Notes under the pieces: model-generated
What the model was told of the DNA's origin: nothing
Database searches by the model: none
The model's input: only the letters and a program-made list of their open reading frames with translations
Part shown: one piece after another, positions 27,634-38,638 of the stretch
How the letters are laid out: every line of letters starts with the position of its first letter
Position numbering within the stretch: position 1 is the stretch's first letter
Source: Lingula anatina
Taxonomy: Eukaryota > Animalia > Brachiopoda
Assembly: GCA_051362555.1 (NCBI GenBank)
Contig: CM120645.1
Coordinates: forward strand, 5,084,001-5,148,000
Direction of reading: 5' to 3'
DNA length: 64,000 bases
Position numbers and translations under genes: made by a program

Positions 27634-29136
27634 TCATTTTCTCAAAAACTTGAAAAGAACTATTAAAAAAGTAGGAATTGCTGAAAGACCAAAAAGGTAC
27701 AAAATCAGATACAATGTGGAATGAATCTTTTCAGTAAGAACCCATTTAGCATCAGCTAAAATTCTATCTTTCATGAAAGATTTTAATCTAGAAATGGTTT
27801 CCTCTGTAACAATTGGTAATTTTGTTTGAACCATTAACATTTTATCCAGACTTTGCAAGGTGTCTGAATACACAACTTCCCAGGAGAGATGTGTTGAATT
27901 GATAATTTTCAACTTTCCAAATGCCTCTCGATTTTCACTTGCCATTCTGTATGCAGTCCTAGGGTTTTCTTCATCATAACTCTCCGGAACGACTGATATC
28001 CCTGTTAATGCTGTTATAATGCTAACAGGGGCAACTGGATTTATATAATTCCTCTGCATGACTACATTTTCATAAAGGGGGTAGTACCGCTCATAAGCAT
28101 GCACATGTCCAGAAAATATCAAATTCACTTTAAAATCATAAAACATTCTTTCCACATTCTCTCTTATGACGGAGTCCTTGCTGTTGCATTCCTGGGTGAA
28201 CTTAACTGACTTAGAACAATACAGTGGTTTATGGCCTAATACAATAATCCAAGGGCGTAGAGTTCTCTCTTTATTAGCTTGGGATAGGTCTTTAAAAAGC
28301 CAGTCATTCTGGATCTTGGCAACCTCTGGGTTGGACTGATACAGAGCAGTGGAATAGAAGACAAAATGGGCCTGCCCAATGTTGATGCTGTACCAAAGTT
28401 TATCCAGGGGAATAGGCCAGGGGGAATGAGGCATTGAAAAGCGGTACATGTAGTGCATGAATTTATCAAAGGCCTCGTGATCCCCTGGACACGTCATGTA
28501 AGGAGTACGGGATGCAATACCTTCAATGCGGTTGAGAAATTCGTCTCCCCTTTCTCCGCCATTGCTATTGAGATTGTATGCAAAGTCTCCAACATGGAAT
28601 ACAGCTGAGATATTCCCTCTTTGAACTTGGGTCTGGACTGGTCTGATACTTTTGGAACTGCTGCCCATGTCAGCCAGAATTATCACTTCAGGAGTCCAGT
28701 TAGAATCTTCTGACAGAGTTCTAAAAGAAAAGGTCCTGCTGGAATACCTTCCCGTTCTCACTTTATAATAATAAACAGTATCCAATTCCAGGTTTCGTAA
28801 CTGAACTCTGTGGATGTTATGCATCCCCTCTTCGTTGGTTTTCACAAATTTCTTGCTTTCACCCAAGGCAACCTGATCCAGCTGGGAACTTTTGCCATAC
28901 AGTTCCCCAGCCTCCCCTTCCACAACTGTAGCCCACATCACTGTCATCTCAGACAAAGTGTCGCCCAGCGAAATGTGCACCTGGTAAGGTTTTGATCCAT
29001 CATGGGACACCCTGGCAAATAGATTCCACAGCGGGGAACTTATTCCAAAGAGCAACATGAGAATAATCATGAAAATTGCTAAATATTTCTTGTTGCATCC
29101 CCACGAAGTGTCACTTGGATATCTTTTCCTCATCAT
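27634..29136 (-). CDS. ACP7: Purple acid phosphatase, ACP7/PAPL-like, single coding exon
   Basis: 500 aa; FN3-like N-domain (PYQVHIS...HRVQLRNL...YYYKV); metal motifs DMG, GDFAY, GDHE (canonical GNHE), VLGH, GHVH.YER; hydrophobic segments at both termini; paralogue identity uncertain. Confidence 0.85.
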   Translation of the reverse strand: MMRKRYPSDTSWGCNKKYLAIFMIILMLLFGISSPLWNLFARVSHDGSKPYQVHISLGDTLSEMTVMWATVVEGEAGELYGKSSQLDQVALGESKKFVKTNEEGMHNIHRVQLRNLELDTVYYYKVRTGRYSSRTFSFRTLSEDSNWTPEVIILADMGSSSKSIRPVQTQVQRGNISAVFHVGDFAYNLNSNGGERGDEFLNRIEGIASRTPYMTCPGDHEAFDKFMHYMYRFSMPHSPWPIPLDKLWYSINIGQAHFVFYSTALYQSNPEVAKIQNDWLFKDLSQANKERTLRPWIIVLGHKPLYCSKSVKFTQECNSKDSVIRENVERMFYDFKVNLIFSGHVHAYERYYPLYENVVMQRNYINPVAPVSIITALTGISVVPESYDEENPRTAYRMASENREAFGKLKIINSTHLSWEVVYSDTLQSLDKMLMVQTKLPIVTEETISRLKSFMKDRILADAKWVLTEKIHSTLYLILYLFGLSAIPTFLIVLFKFLRK

Positions 29137-29430
29137 TTTGCCCTGGTAACATCTACTGTAAGCTAAAAAAGATAAAATTTATACTCTGGTTATACATACT
29201 GTGGTTGATGAATATAATATATTTGTCCTATAGTCTTAGCAGAGACTATCCACATATATTTTGCTTATTGTTTCACTTTAAACTAGAAGAAATGAAGCTA
29301 TTTAACATATATTGTTGAGGAGTCTTTTTTTTTTTTTTAGGGGAGAAGGGTTAAAAAGTACAGAGGTGAACATTTTAATGGTACATGTAGTCAGATATTG
29401 ACAACTGTGAAGACAGATGCTGTAGCAGAA

Positions 29431-29732
29431 TGTAACCGAGGCACGACAACAGATGTATTGTCCTTTTAGAAAAATCTTTATTCGTACTATCTACACAGCC
29501 GATCACTGGTGTATCTCACTTTGAATTACGCGCCAACCGCTTTTATAGTCCAGGGTCACATGACCCACGTGACATAAAAAGGGCGCTAACGCCAGTATGC
29601 ATATTCATATCACATATTTATATACAAGAGCTATTTATAATAAGGCACTTATATCAATGTACGCTACAATATACTATTACATATATATATATTTATACCT
29701 GTGAATACATGAAATACATGTACCCTATTACA
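29431..29732 (-). repeat. 3' LTR
   Basis: Direct repeat of 31962-32263; minus-strand TATAAAA and AATAAA inside. Confidence 0.95.
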
Positions 29733-29849
29733 TGTGCCCCCCCCAAAAAATTAAATGGCGTCCCGCCATTGATCATACTGTAAAATAACTGTGGATGAGA
29801 AAATTACAAAAAAAAAAATAATATTACAATTATAGTAAATTAAAACACA

Positions 29850-30089
29850 TTACCCCCATCGTATGTGAGCACTCCAAGTTCACACAGTACAAACACACAA
29901 GCAAACGCAACCTTTCTCACAAGGAAACGCAATACTATTACTTGGGTTTATGGAGGAAAATGATTAAAATTACTCCCATCTTATGTGAGTACACCAAGTT
30001 CACACAGTACAAACACACAAGTAAACGCAACCTTTCTCACAAGGAAAAGCAATAATATTACTTGGGTTTAGGGAGGAAAATAATTAAAA
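29850..30089. repeat. Two-copy ~120-bp tandem repeat in retroelement 3' untranslated region
   Basis: attac.cccatc.tatgtgag...cacacagtacaaacacacaag...cttgggttta.ggaggaaaa repeated with period 120. Confidence 0.9.
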
Positions 30090-30163
30090 ACAGTGCAATT
30101 GCTGTAGCATGTTTATTATCATCAATTAACATAAATCATAAAATACAAGTTATAATTTAAATT

Positions 30164-31776
30164 TCAACTTTCCTTCAATAATTCCACCATCTGTTTGAAC
30201 ATATTTTCACTAGATTGAATGAATGTACGGTAAATGTCAAGTAACCTAGACGCAGATGTGGACCGTCTTTCTGGTACAATCTGTGAAAACACATAATTCC
30301 CCTCTTCCATCCACTGCGGACGTCGTCTAGTGCGTGTGGACCGCCTAGGCTGGACTGGTGTATCATTTTCCTGCACATCTTCACCTTCGCTTTCCACTTG
30401 CGATTCTTGCTCACTGTCGTCCTCTCGATCCTCCTCCTCTACGCTAACCCTTTCATTACTACCGTCTTCATCAGGGATCATTTGTTCAGACCCATATCGT
30501 ACAACATAATGTACCCCAGAAGAATCATCAGAGTCCTCTGTTATCTCTGAAAATTCATTCTCGTGTCTGGGTCTACAGGTACTTACCTTAGTGATCTTCT
30601 CTTCCCGCAAATCCATGGGGAAAATCAAAGGTAAAAGCAAATTCCTATGAACATTTTTTATGTCCCCTTTTCCATTTTCTTGTCTGATCATATACACTGG
30701 TATATTAGAGTCATTCTGGCCAACAATCACATATACCTCTTTTCTCCATTTGTTAGCCAATTTGTGTTTCCCTTTTAATCCTACATTTTTTAACAAAACT
30801 CGATCCCCTACCTCGGGTACTACCCCTCTACACCGATTGTCATACCTTTGCTTGTTTTTAGACCTTTTCCCTTTTGCTCTCTCATTAGCAATGCTGTATG
30901 CTGTTTCCAATCTCTCTTTCAACATACTTATATACCTTTCATAGTCCTTGTGCTCATCCTTCGTGTACAGACCAAAAATTACGTCTACTGCAAGCCGGGG
31001 GGCCCTCCCGAACATTAAGTAGAACGGACTAAAGCCTGTGGACTCGTGCACCGTGCAGTTGTAAGAGTGAACTAATGAAGGTACATACCTTTTCCAGTCA
31101 AGTTTTTGGTCATCATGGAGTGTACGCATCATACCTATTAAAGTTCTGTTAAAACGTTCCGTAACTCCGTTTCCCATGGGGTGATAGGGGGTCGTTCTGG
31201 ATTTTTCTATTCCCAGTAATTTACACAACTCTTTGATTACCTTTGATTCGAAGTTGCGCCCCTGATCGCTGTGCAATCTTAAAGGAAATCCATAGGGAAT
31301 CATGAAATTGTCAAATAAGACTCTAGCAGTTGTTAAGGCTGACTGATTTTTTGTAGGTATAGCCCATGCATATTTTGTGAAAACATCTGTGAGCACAAGT
31401 ATATGTTACTTACCCTACCTTTGGACTCTTCCAAACTAAGGAAATCCATACAAACAATTTCCATGGGTTGAGATGCAACTAAATGCCCCATTGTTGCGCT
31501 CTCGGGTAAGTGTGGACTTTTTCCCAATTTACATGGTCTACACATTTTTAATTTCTCGCTAACAAAGTGATCCATTCCTGGCCAGAAGAACCATTGTTTT
31601 ACAATTGACAGTGTACGATCCCTACCTTGATGTCCCATTTCATCATGAGTTAAAGTAAAAACTTTCTCTCTCCATGCACTAGGCACCACTAACCTCTTTC
31701 TGTCCGCATGATCGACATGATACAATACACCATCCACCACTTTCAGCTTCTTCCATGATCTCTTAAAAGGTTTCAT
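30164..31776 (-). pseudogene. Gypsy integrase, 5'-truncated pol remnant with frameshift
   Basis: ORF 31776-31333 carries HHCC (HDEMGH...CRPC) and first D (CMDF); ORF 31396-30164 carries HSDQG and NGVTERFNRT; joined by an apparent 2-bp TA insertion at ~31400 (AAC ATA [TA] CTT GTG CTC ACA GAT). Confidence 0.9.
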
Positions 31777-31940
31777 ATTGTCGGTTCGTGGTAGGTTTCT
31801 GAAATTGTCTGAATGGATTTCCTTAGTTTGGAAGAGTCCAAAGGACTATAAAAGCGGTTGGCGCGTAATTCAAAGTGAGATACACCAGTGATCGGCTGTG
31901 TAGATAGTACGAATAAAGATTTTTCTAAAAGGACAATACA

Positions 31941-31957
31941 TCCTGTCGACTGCGCCA
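31941..31957 (-). other. Primer-binding site complementary to tRNA-Ser 3' end
   Basis: Minus strand TGGCGCAGTCGACAGGA 4 nt after the 5' LTR; plus strand TCCTGTCGACTGCGCCA resembles the animal tRNA-Ser 3' end including CCA. Confidence 0.85.
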
Positions 31958-31961
31958 TTTT

Positions 31962-32263
31962 TGTAACCGAGGCACGACAACAGATGTATTGTCCTTTTAG
32001 AAAAATCTTTATTCGTACTATCTACACAGCCGATCACTGGTGTATCTCACTTTGAATTACGCGCCAACCGCTTTTATAGTCCAGGGTCACATGACCCACG
32101 TGACATAAAAAGGGCGCTAACGCCAGTATGCATATTCATATCACATATTTATATACAAGAGCTATTTATAATAAGGCACTTATATCAATGTACGCTACAA
32201 TATACTATTACATATATATATATTTATACCTGTGAATACATGAAATACATGTACCCTATTACA
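31962..32263 (-). repeat. 5' LTR
   Basis: Adjacent to PBS; identical by eye to 29431-29732. Confidence 0.95.
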
Positions 32264-32499
32264 AGAATATATTCTTCACATCAGAAAAGTGTTGGTAAAA
32301 AGCTAATGCAAGTACCATTTGAAATACCGGTAAAAAAAAAATTAAATAAAAAGCATACCTCAGGTACGAGTAGACTCCACTGGGTATAATATGTACGTCT
32401 ACTGTAGCCTGCAGCCCGAGCACTGTACGTACGTATACTCTAGTACGTTATACTGGCAGTAGTCTGTACGTAAGGTGGCCTACTGAGTAGCACGTTACA

Positions 32500-33004
32500 A
32501 ATACCAGCAATTTATCTTACTTTAGACTGCTAAATAAGACACGGGATAACAGCACGGTACAAACCCTAGTAAACATACAATTAGCTATTCTGATCTCCGA
32601 TGCTAGTGTCCATCTTGCTGAAGACGAACACGTACATACAATACCTTGATTGTTTACGTTTTCTTTGCCACGTGCAGTGCAGCTTCAAAAATGGGTCAAG
32701 CAAAAGTCGCTGTCAACTGAAAAGCTGGTTGACTAAACATTGCAGCATTTTTAAAACATAATAATGGAAACTTTATGTATCCGCTACAAAGTCGAAATAA
32801 CTTGGTGCCAAAAACATTTAACGCTTTAAATTGATAATACACGAACAAACCCAAGTGAACCGGATATTTTAGCAGTCCAGAATGGGCGTATCTTGTCTGA
32901 ATCGCCATCTTTCGATCAGCTAAGTAATCGATATTTTCATATACAGTATACGGAAGCTTGTGACATCAGATTAGGGGGTCCTGAAACGCCTGTCGTCTGG
33001 TGGC
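32500..33004. promoter_or_regulatory. Probable divergent promoter region for ACP7-like gene and small-ORF/UBXN6 unit
   Basis: CpG-richer interval; minus-strand donor-like sites AAA|GTAAGA (~32520) and GAG|GTATGC (~32358); E-box CACGTG at ~32670. Confidence 0.5.
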
Positions 33005-33775
33005 ATGAACCTGACGGAAGTCTCGTCAAAAGTTCCTCGGGAAGCAGTAAAACCAACAGAACCAGAACCCCGCATGAGCGCAGTTGTCGATGCGATTTCT
33101 GACCACTCGGAAGCGTTTCGCAACTGGTTTTGGGAAGCAGAATTTCGCTTGAAATTTATTGTCATTCTGAGCATAATTATTGTTGTTAATAGTATCCTCA
33201 TAAAAATTGCTTGGGCCATATACGGCGAAAGGATTGTCGATTTCTTTAAGAAACAAGGTAAGCCATGACATGTTTTCGTTTATATTTTTTGTTGGGCATT
33301 GTAACTAGTACATCGCATGTCAACGGAACCTTAGATTAAAACGTCAAAAGACGGAGTCGTCTACGCCTATGAATATGAATTTGATGTTAAAGATCGTATC
33401 TCACACATATAAATTATTTACCAGTACATTTGCAATTCTACCCTCAGTGTTTTATCGATTATTTTCAAAATATCCATTTCACTTATAATGAAACTTAATG
33501 TTACACTAAGTCTTTATATAATGTAAGTGAAAGAACCTACTGGTACACTTGCCAAATACACAATTTTGTGAACCTCACAGTTTATAGCATGATAATGATA
33601 TTACACATGTACAGTAGAGGATTTATTGATTTCAAATCTTGAATTGTAAAGTATCACAGTGTCATTTTAATTTTCAGGTGTATCAGAGACAGGATACACA
33701 CAAGATTCAGTTCCTGTAGACACAAAAGACAGCGTGAATTCCACTCCTCGTTCTCAGCACTTGAAAAGAGAGTAA
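33005..33775 (+). CDS. Uncharacterised 116-aa single-pass membrane protein (2 exons), upstream of UBXN6
   Basis: Exon 33005-33257 (donor AAG|GTAAGC) and 33678-33775 (acceptor ttttcag), phase 1 compatible; TM FIVILSIIIVVNSILIKIAWAIY; N-terminal sequon NLT; ends ...QHLKRE stop. Confidence 0.75.
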
Positions 33776-34284
33776 CACATTTTCAAGAAACAGGTTTGTA
33801 TGGTACATGTACATATGAATTCTCCACCTTTAACTTCCCATCCCACTGGTCAATGCACTGGTCATGTTGACCACTGGGCTTAAGAACACTGTTAGTCTAA
33901 ATGTCCAGTTTATTTACTATGATATGCCAAACCTACTTGTTTATAGTTTTTGTGGTAACTAACACCACTGGTTGTTTACTGGTACATGTAGTATCTTTGC
34001 CAGTTGTTTAAGATAATTTACTCAAAGAAAATGAAAAGCATTAATTGAAAGAATAAAAAAACTAATTGAATTCAATGATTCATGTTAAAAGTGCTTACAG
34101 CTGATTTCATTAGGTTCCAGCAGGGCTCTTTCTAATGTAATCTTTTCTTTAGCCAGTAGTTGGAAAATCTTTTAACCAAACCAAAAAGAGAGCCAAATTT
34201 TTTCGAAATGCTTTAGACACTGTGTAAGGAACATTACATACTGAGACAAAATTTTTCATCATTTCAGAAAGTTAATTGACCAAC

Positions 34285-36406
34285 ATGGCAGCTATCAAAC
34301 GATTTTTCGAGAAGAAAAAACTAGATGTCAAGTTCAAGAAGGCTGGTTCTGGCCACAAACTGACAGAGGACACCAGGAGCTTGTCACCACAGCCAAGTCA
34401 ACGCCCTGGCACCAGTCAGGGGCGGCCTCAGGCTGAGAGTGAGGCTGCACGAGCTGCACGGGAGGCAGCTCTGGCTAGGATGTCGCAGCCGAGACCAGGT
34501 GATTGGTCAATATGTGAGGGTTTACACTGTCTTCGTTTGTCCTTTAAGATAGATATTAAGCAAGAGTAAATGCCCTGTAATTTATATATGAATTATTTGC
34601 ACCAGTTTCTTACATGACACAAATACACAGTAGATACATGAACCACAGAATGCCCAAACTGGCATACCAAAAACACTGTAGAAATTATTTGAAAGTTTTT
34701 GACTGTATTGTCTCACTATAATGTCACAAAACGTCCACTCACATCTAAAAAAAAGCCCTAGTGATGGCACATGACATAATGGTCAGCTCAATTATTTTTC
34801 TTAGATGCTCAGACAGTATCAGGTCATAATGGTAATTAGTATAATGATTTGATTATTTATCTACAGGTACTGCAAATAACCAGCTTAAGGCTCTGAAGTC
34901 ACAAGCCAGGGCAGAGTTGGAGGCTGAGAGAGCTCTCCAACAGGGGGCAGCAGCAGCAGGACCGACAGAAGTCTACAGAGATGGCGCTCCAGTGCTGGAA
35001 CAAATAGGTGGGGATATGTCACTTCAAAAAAGAGACCCATTAAGTACAAGTCTGCGTCCAAACTCGTAACTGGTCCCAACATACAATTGTGCAATGGGGT
35101 GTTTTCCCCCCTTTCACGAGTTCACTTCTATGTAGCATTTTGGACCAATTCAAATTAATTTGGTTAACTGGCTGTGTTGAGTGCCGGTTGCATTAAGTGA
35201 AATCTTTTATAATTCTCTCTGGATTTTTTGATGTTAATATGTGTGACAAACAATGTGAGAAGGGCCTAGGAGTGGGACCAATTGTACAGAGGAATTTATG
35301 AAGAAAGTTGAGACTGAAAATTTAGTTCAAGGATTAATTAGTCATTAGAAAAATAATACAAGACCCCCCCCCCAGCTTGTTGTTCCACTATGGTCAACAT
35401 TGGTTACTCATGGTTTAAGCTCTCTGTTTCATTCATTTCAGGTGTGTATTACAACTGCCCTATGGTCACCCCAGAAGTTCTGCCAAAACAGGACATGGAA
35501 AAGAAGATAGAGGAGTTCTTACTGGCCCAGTTGGCCGAAGAACCACAGATGACGTCTGCTCTAATGATTCACACCCTAAATAAAAATGCTGAGAAAGTGA
35601 AACTTTGCATTGAAACCCTCTGCAAATACCTCGATAATATCATTGCCAATCCCGATGAAGAGAAATTCAGGAAAATAAGAATCAGTAATAAAGCATTCCA
35701 AGAAAGGGTGTGTTCCTGTAACGGCACTGAAGAGTTCATTCAGTCCGTTGGATTCAAGCAAAGAAAACTGCCCTTTCAGGACGGGGAGGACGATTTCTAC
35801 GTTCTGGACGAAGATCAAGCCAAAGACGCGGAGAGGCTGAATACTCTGAAGGAAATTCTTCTCGCTGCTGAGCCCATCAAGGCGGAGCTGGACAGAGGGC
35901 TTCGCCTGTTTCATCCCTCCCCAAAGGCAACTAAATTTGAACTCCATAATGATTTTTACAACATCACTCCAGAGGAGATGAGGAAGGAGCAACAGCTCAA
36001 ACAAGAAGCCGTGGAAAAATTAGGAATGCTGCGCACTAAAGCCATGCGTGAGCGGGACGAGCAGCGAGAACTGAGGCGATATCGCTTCGCCTTGGTACGC
36101 GTGCGCATGCCCAATGGCGTCCTCTTACAGGGGACTTTCAGAGCCACTGAAAAGGTGTCGGTGTTGGCGGAATTTGTCAGGGACTATTTGGTTAACGATT
36201 GGCTGCCATTTACCCTCTCCACGGCCACTGGACAGAAACTGACCGAAATGGACTCTACTTTAGCCGAGGTTGGGATTGCGCCGGCAACTGTGTTAAATTT
36301 TGCACTGGATCCCAGCGTTGTAGCAGAAATTAAAGCGCAGCAAGGAACTTTCGATGACAAGAACTTGATAAAGCCAGAAATTATGGTCCTCATTCAAGAC
36401 CTGTAG
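34285..36406 (+). CDS. UBXN6: UBX domain-containing protein 6 (UBXD1), p97/VCP cofactor, 3 exons
   Basis: MAAIKRFFEKKKLDVKFKKAGSGHKL N-terminus, VIM-like RAAREAALARM; exons 34285-34498, 34867-35007, 35442-36406; PUB domain (YLDNIIANPDEEKFRKIRISNKAFQERV), LRTKAMRE, UBX (LVRVRMPNGVLLQGTF). Confidence 0.95.
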
Positions 36407-37665
36407 TTTAGCTTTGTCAGAATATATTGAGAGAAGAGTTATGTATATTTTTTTCTTCACTGAAACTTGGGATTGGGATTAATACTAAATCTTCATTTTT
36501 TTTCAGTATGTTGTTATTGTACTACTACTGTTTAGAGCACTACATGTATTATGACAATTCTGCCTTCCACCGATTCCTGTTCGCGTTCGCATGATTTCCA
36601 TAACAAGAAACAGAGAAGGGACTAGCTTGGATCTATCATGATGGGGCAAAGATGCACGGTACAGAGAACAAAAAAAGAAAGAAAAATGTTATAACTGGAC
36701 TTTTATTCATATCTGTAATAACAGAAAAATAGTCTGAAAATTGCATTTACACATACGACGTTTGTGATAAAATTTGTGTAGGCGAAGTAAAATGAGATAT
36801 GCAAAATTTCACTTGCTCTTCTTACCTGTTGTAGAACTTGTCGCATTTTTTCGTGTAATCTCCTTTAGTTTATTGATGGATGATGGTGCTGTAAAATGTT
36901 ATGATATCAAACCAGTAATTGCTGGAGTTTCTTTCTTTCTTTTCTTTTTTTTTTTTTTTTACCGCTCTCTGCGGGTTTTATATTTTATCCACAACAAAGC
37001 TCGGTATGCAAATTATGACTTTTCAAAGGTTTCGCTGCATAAGAACTTGTCTTTTTAGATCAATTTCCTAATTCGTTCTGTCTGCAAACGTCCTATGACC
37101 ACCTGTCGCCATACTAGTCTCCGGGCGTTTCTTCGATTTTTCCACGGATCCGGTTAAAGAGTTTTGGGTATCTTCATAGATGCACCGTTATGATAACTTA
37201 TTCATTTCTTGAAGATCTATTTGGTGATTTGATATGAATTTGAAACAGGAGAAGCCGCACGTCATTGACAAGTGGTCTTGTAGCAAAGAGTCGTCATCAG
37301 ATATATTTTCTTTACATTAAGTTCATAACCAACTACTTCCGTCAGTAACAATATGACAGTTATTGTCATTTGTATGGAATGTCGATTTATTGTTCATTTT
37401 TTATGGCAACAATCATTGAAAAGTAGATAGCTTGTTGCGTCAGTTTACATGTACACGACTGTCACATGCGCTTTGCATAGTCTGCATATTATCAAATGGA
37501 GATTGTGATGTAAAAATATCATTTGAATTGAATATAAAAATATGGCTTGTTATGTTCACTTTGAAGTGAACCCTTCTTATTCTTATTTTCTCATTCCCGT
37601 GTATTTGTCTATTCATTTAATGGCTTCTAGGTGTTTCAGATCGCAAAGGGTAATTATCGTTATCG

Positions 37666-38527
37666 TTATATTTCAAATTCTAGTTTAATGCCCGTGCCCT
37701 TTGTACGTTCTTCGTGCAGGATGTCGAAATGCTCGTTCTGGGCCACTGTGAACCAATTTTTCCAGTCACCCACCTTTCCTGAATGACGAAAATAGAATTT
37801 AGAAGATTAGTAAGTGATATTACACAAACGCATAAACTATTACTATTTACTGAATATAAATAGCATAATTATCGAGTTTCAAAACTAAAAGGGGTTTTAT
37901 CAGTAACCCCTCTTGTATATAATTATAAACTGGACTGTAGCTCCAAACAGTCACATGCTCAGCTGACAAACTTACGTATTACTTTTTCTTGCACAATGGT
38001 TTTATTTTATTTTTTGTCACCATGTGTTTGTATGGCAAACTTGACGTATATATGTTTTAATGACCTTTCTCACTTATTTTACTATTCTGGCGATTTAAGT
38101 ATTGTCCAATCCAACTTTCAGTTTAAAAAATAATACCATGACAATCACTATCAAATTGCCTGACGAATGTTTCAATACAACAGTACCTTTTCTGTACATC
38201 AAGTTTTCCCCTTTCCAGCACTTAGGCTCTGTTGGAGTTTTCAAGGTTTTCATTTTATCAAATGCACAGGCGTCTGCTATTGCTTTGTATAATTCCTCGG
38301 TTCCCGGCCGTCCAATAAACTCTGCTATCTTTCTCACAGCAGCCACAGTGTCCTATAATGAATATGATTCAGGATTATCGAAACGTTATTCTCTCTCTCT
38401 CTCTCTCTTGCACGCCCCATCCTATTGTAATTACCCCCTCTCAACACCCTTATATACACACACCTGACCCTGCCCTCCCCCAAAACCTCTGCACACACCC
38501 TACCCCAATCACCCTTACACACACACA

Positions 38528-38559
<32 letters not shown>

Positions 38560-38596
38560 CTGCTTCCCCTCTCTCACACCCTTACACACACACCTT

Positions 38597-38638
<42 letters not shown>

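Larger units (their letters stand above)
29431..32263 (-). mobile_element. Internally deleted Ty3/Gypsy LTR retrotransposon (integrase only)
   Basis: Two 302-bp LTRs (TGTAA...TTACA) identical by eye; 4-bp TSD AGAA (29427-29430, 32264-32267); PBS 31957-31941; G-tract PPT ~29737-29744; integrase on minus strand; no gag/PR/RT/RNaseH. Confidence 0.95.

Noticed and set aside
30164-31396. Domesticated stand-alone integrase gene
   Set aside because: ORF lacks the HHCC finger and first catalytic Asp because of a frameshift, has no ATG at its start and lies between young LTRs
31941-31957. tRNA gene fragment ending in CCA
   Set aside because: Only 17 nt and positioned as the retroelement PBS; no cloverleaf
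8980-32263. Functional link between piRNA helicase MOV10L1 and the nearby hairpin retroelement
   Set aside because: Only proximity; the insertion is recent and two genes lie between
35576-36393. Antisense ORFs over UBXN6 exon 3
   Set aside because: Shadow ORFs of a real coding exon
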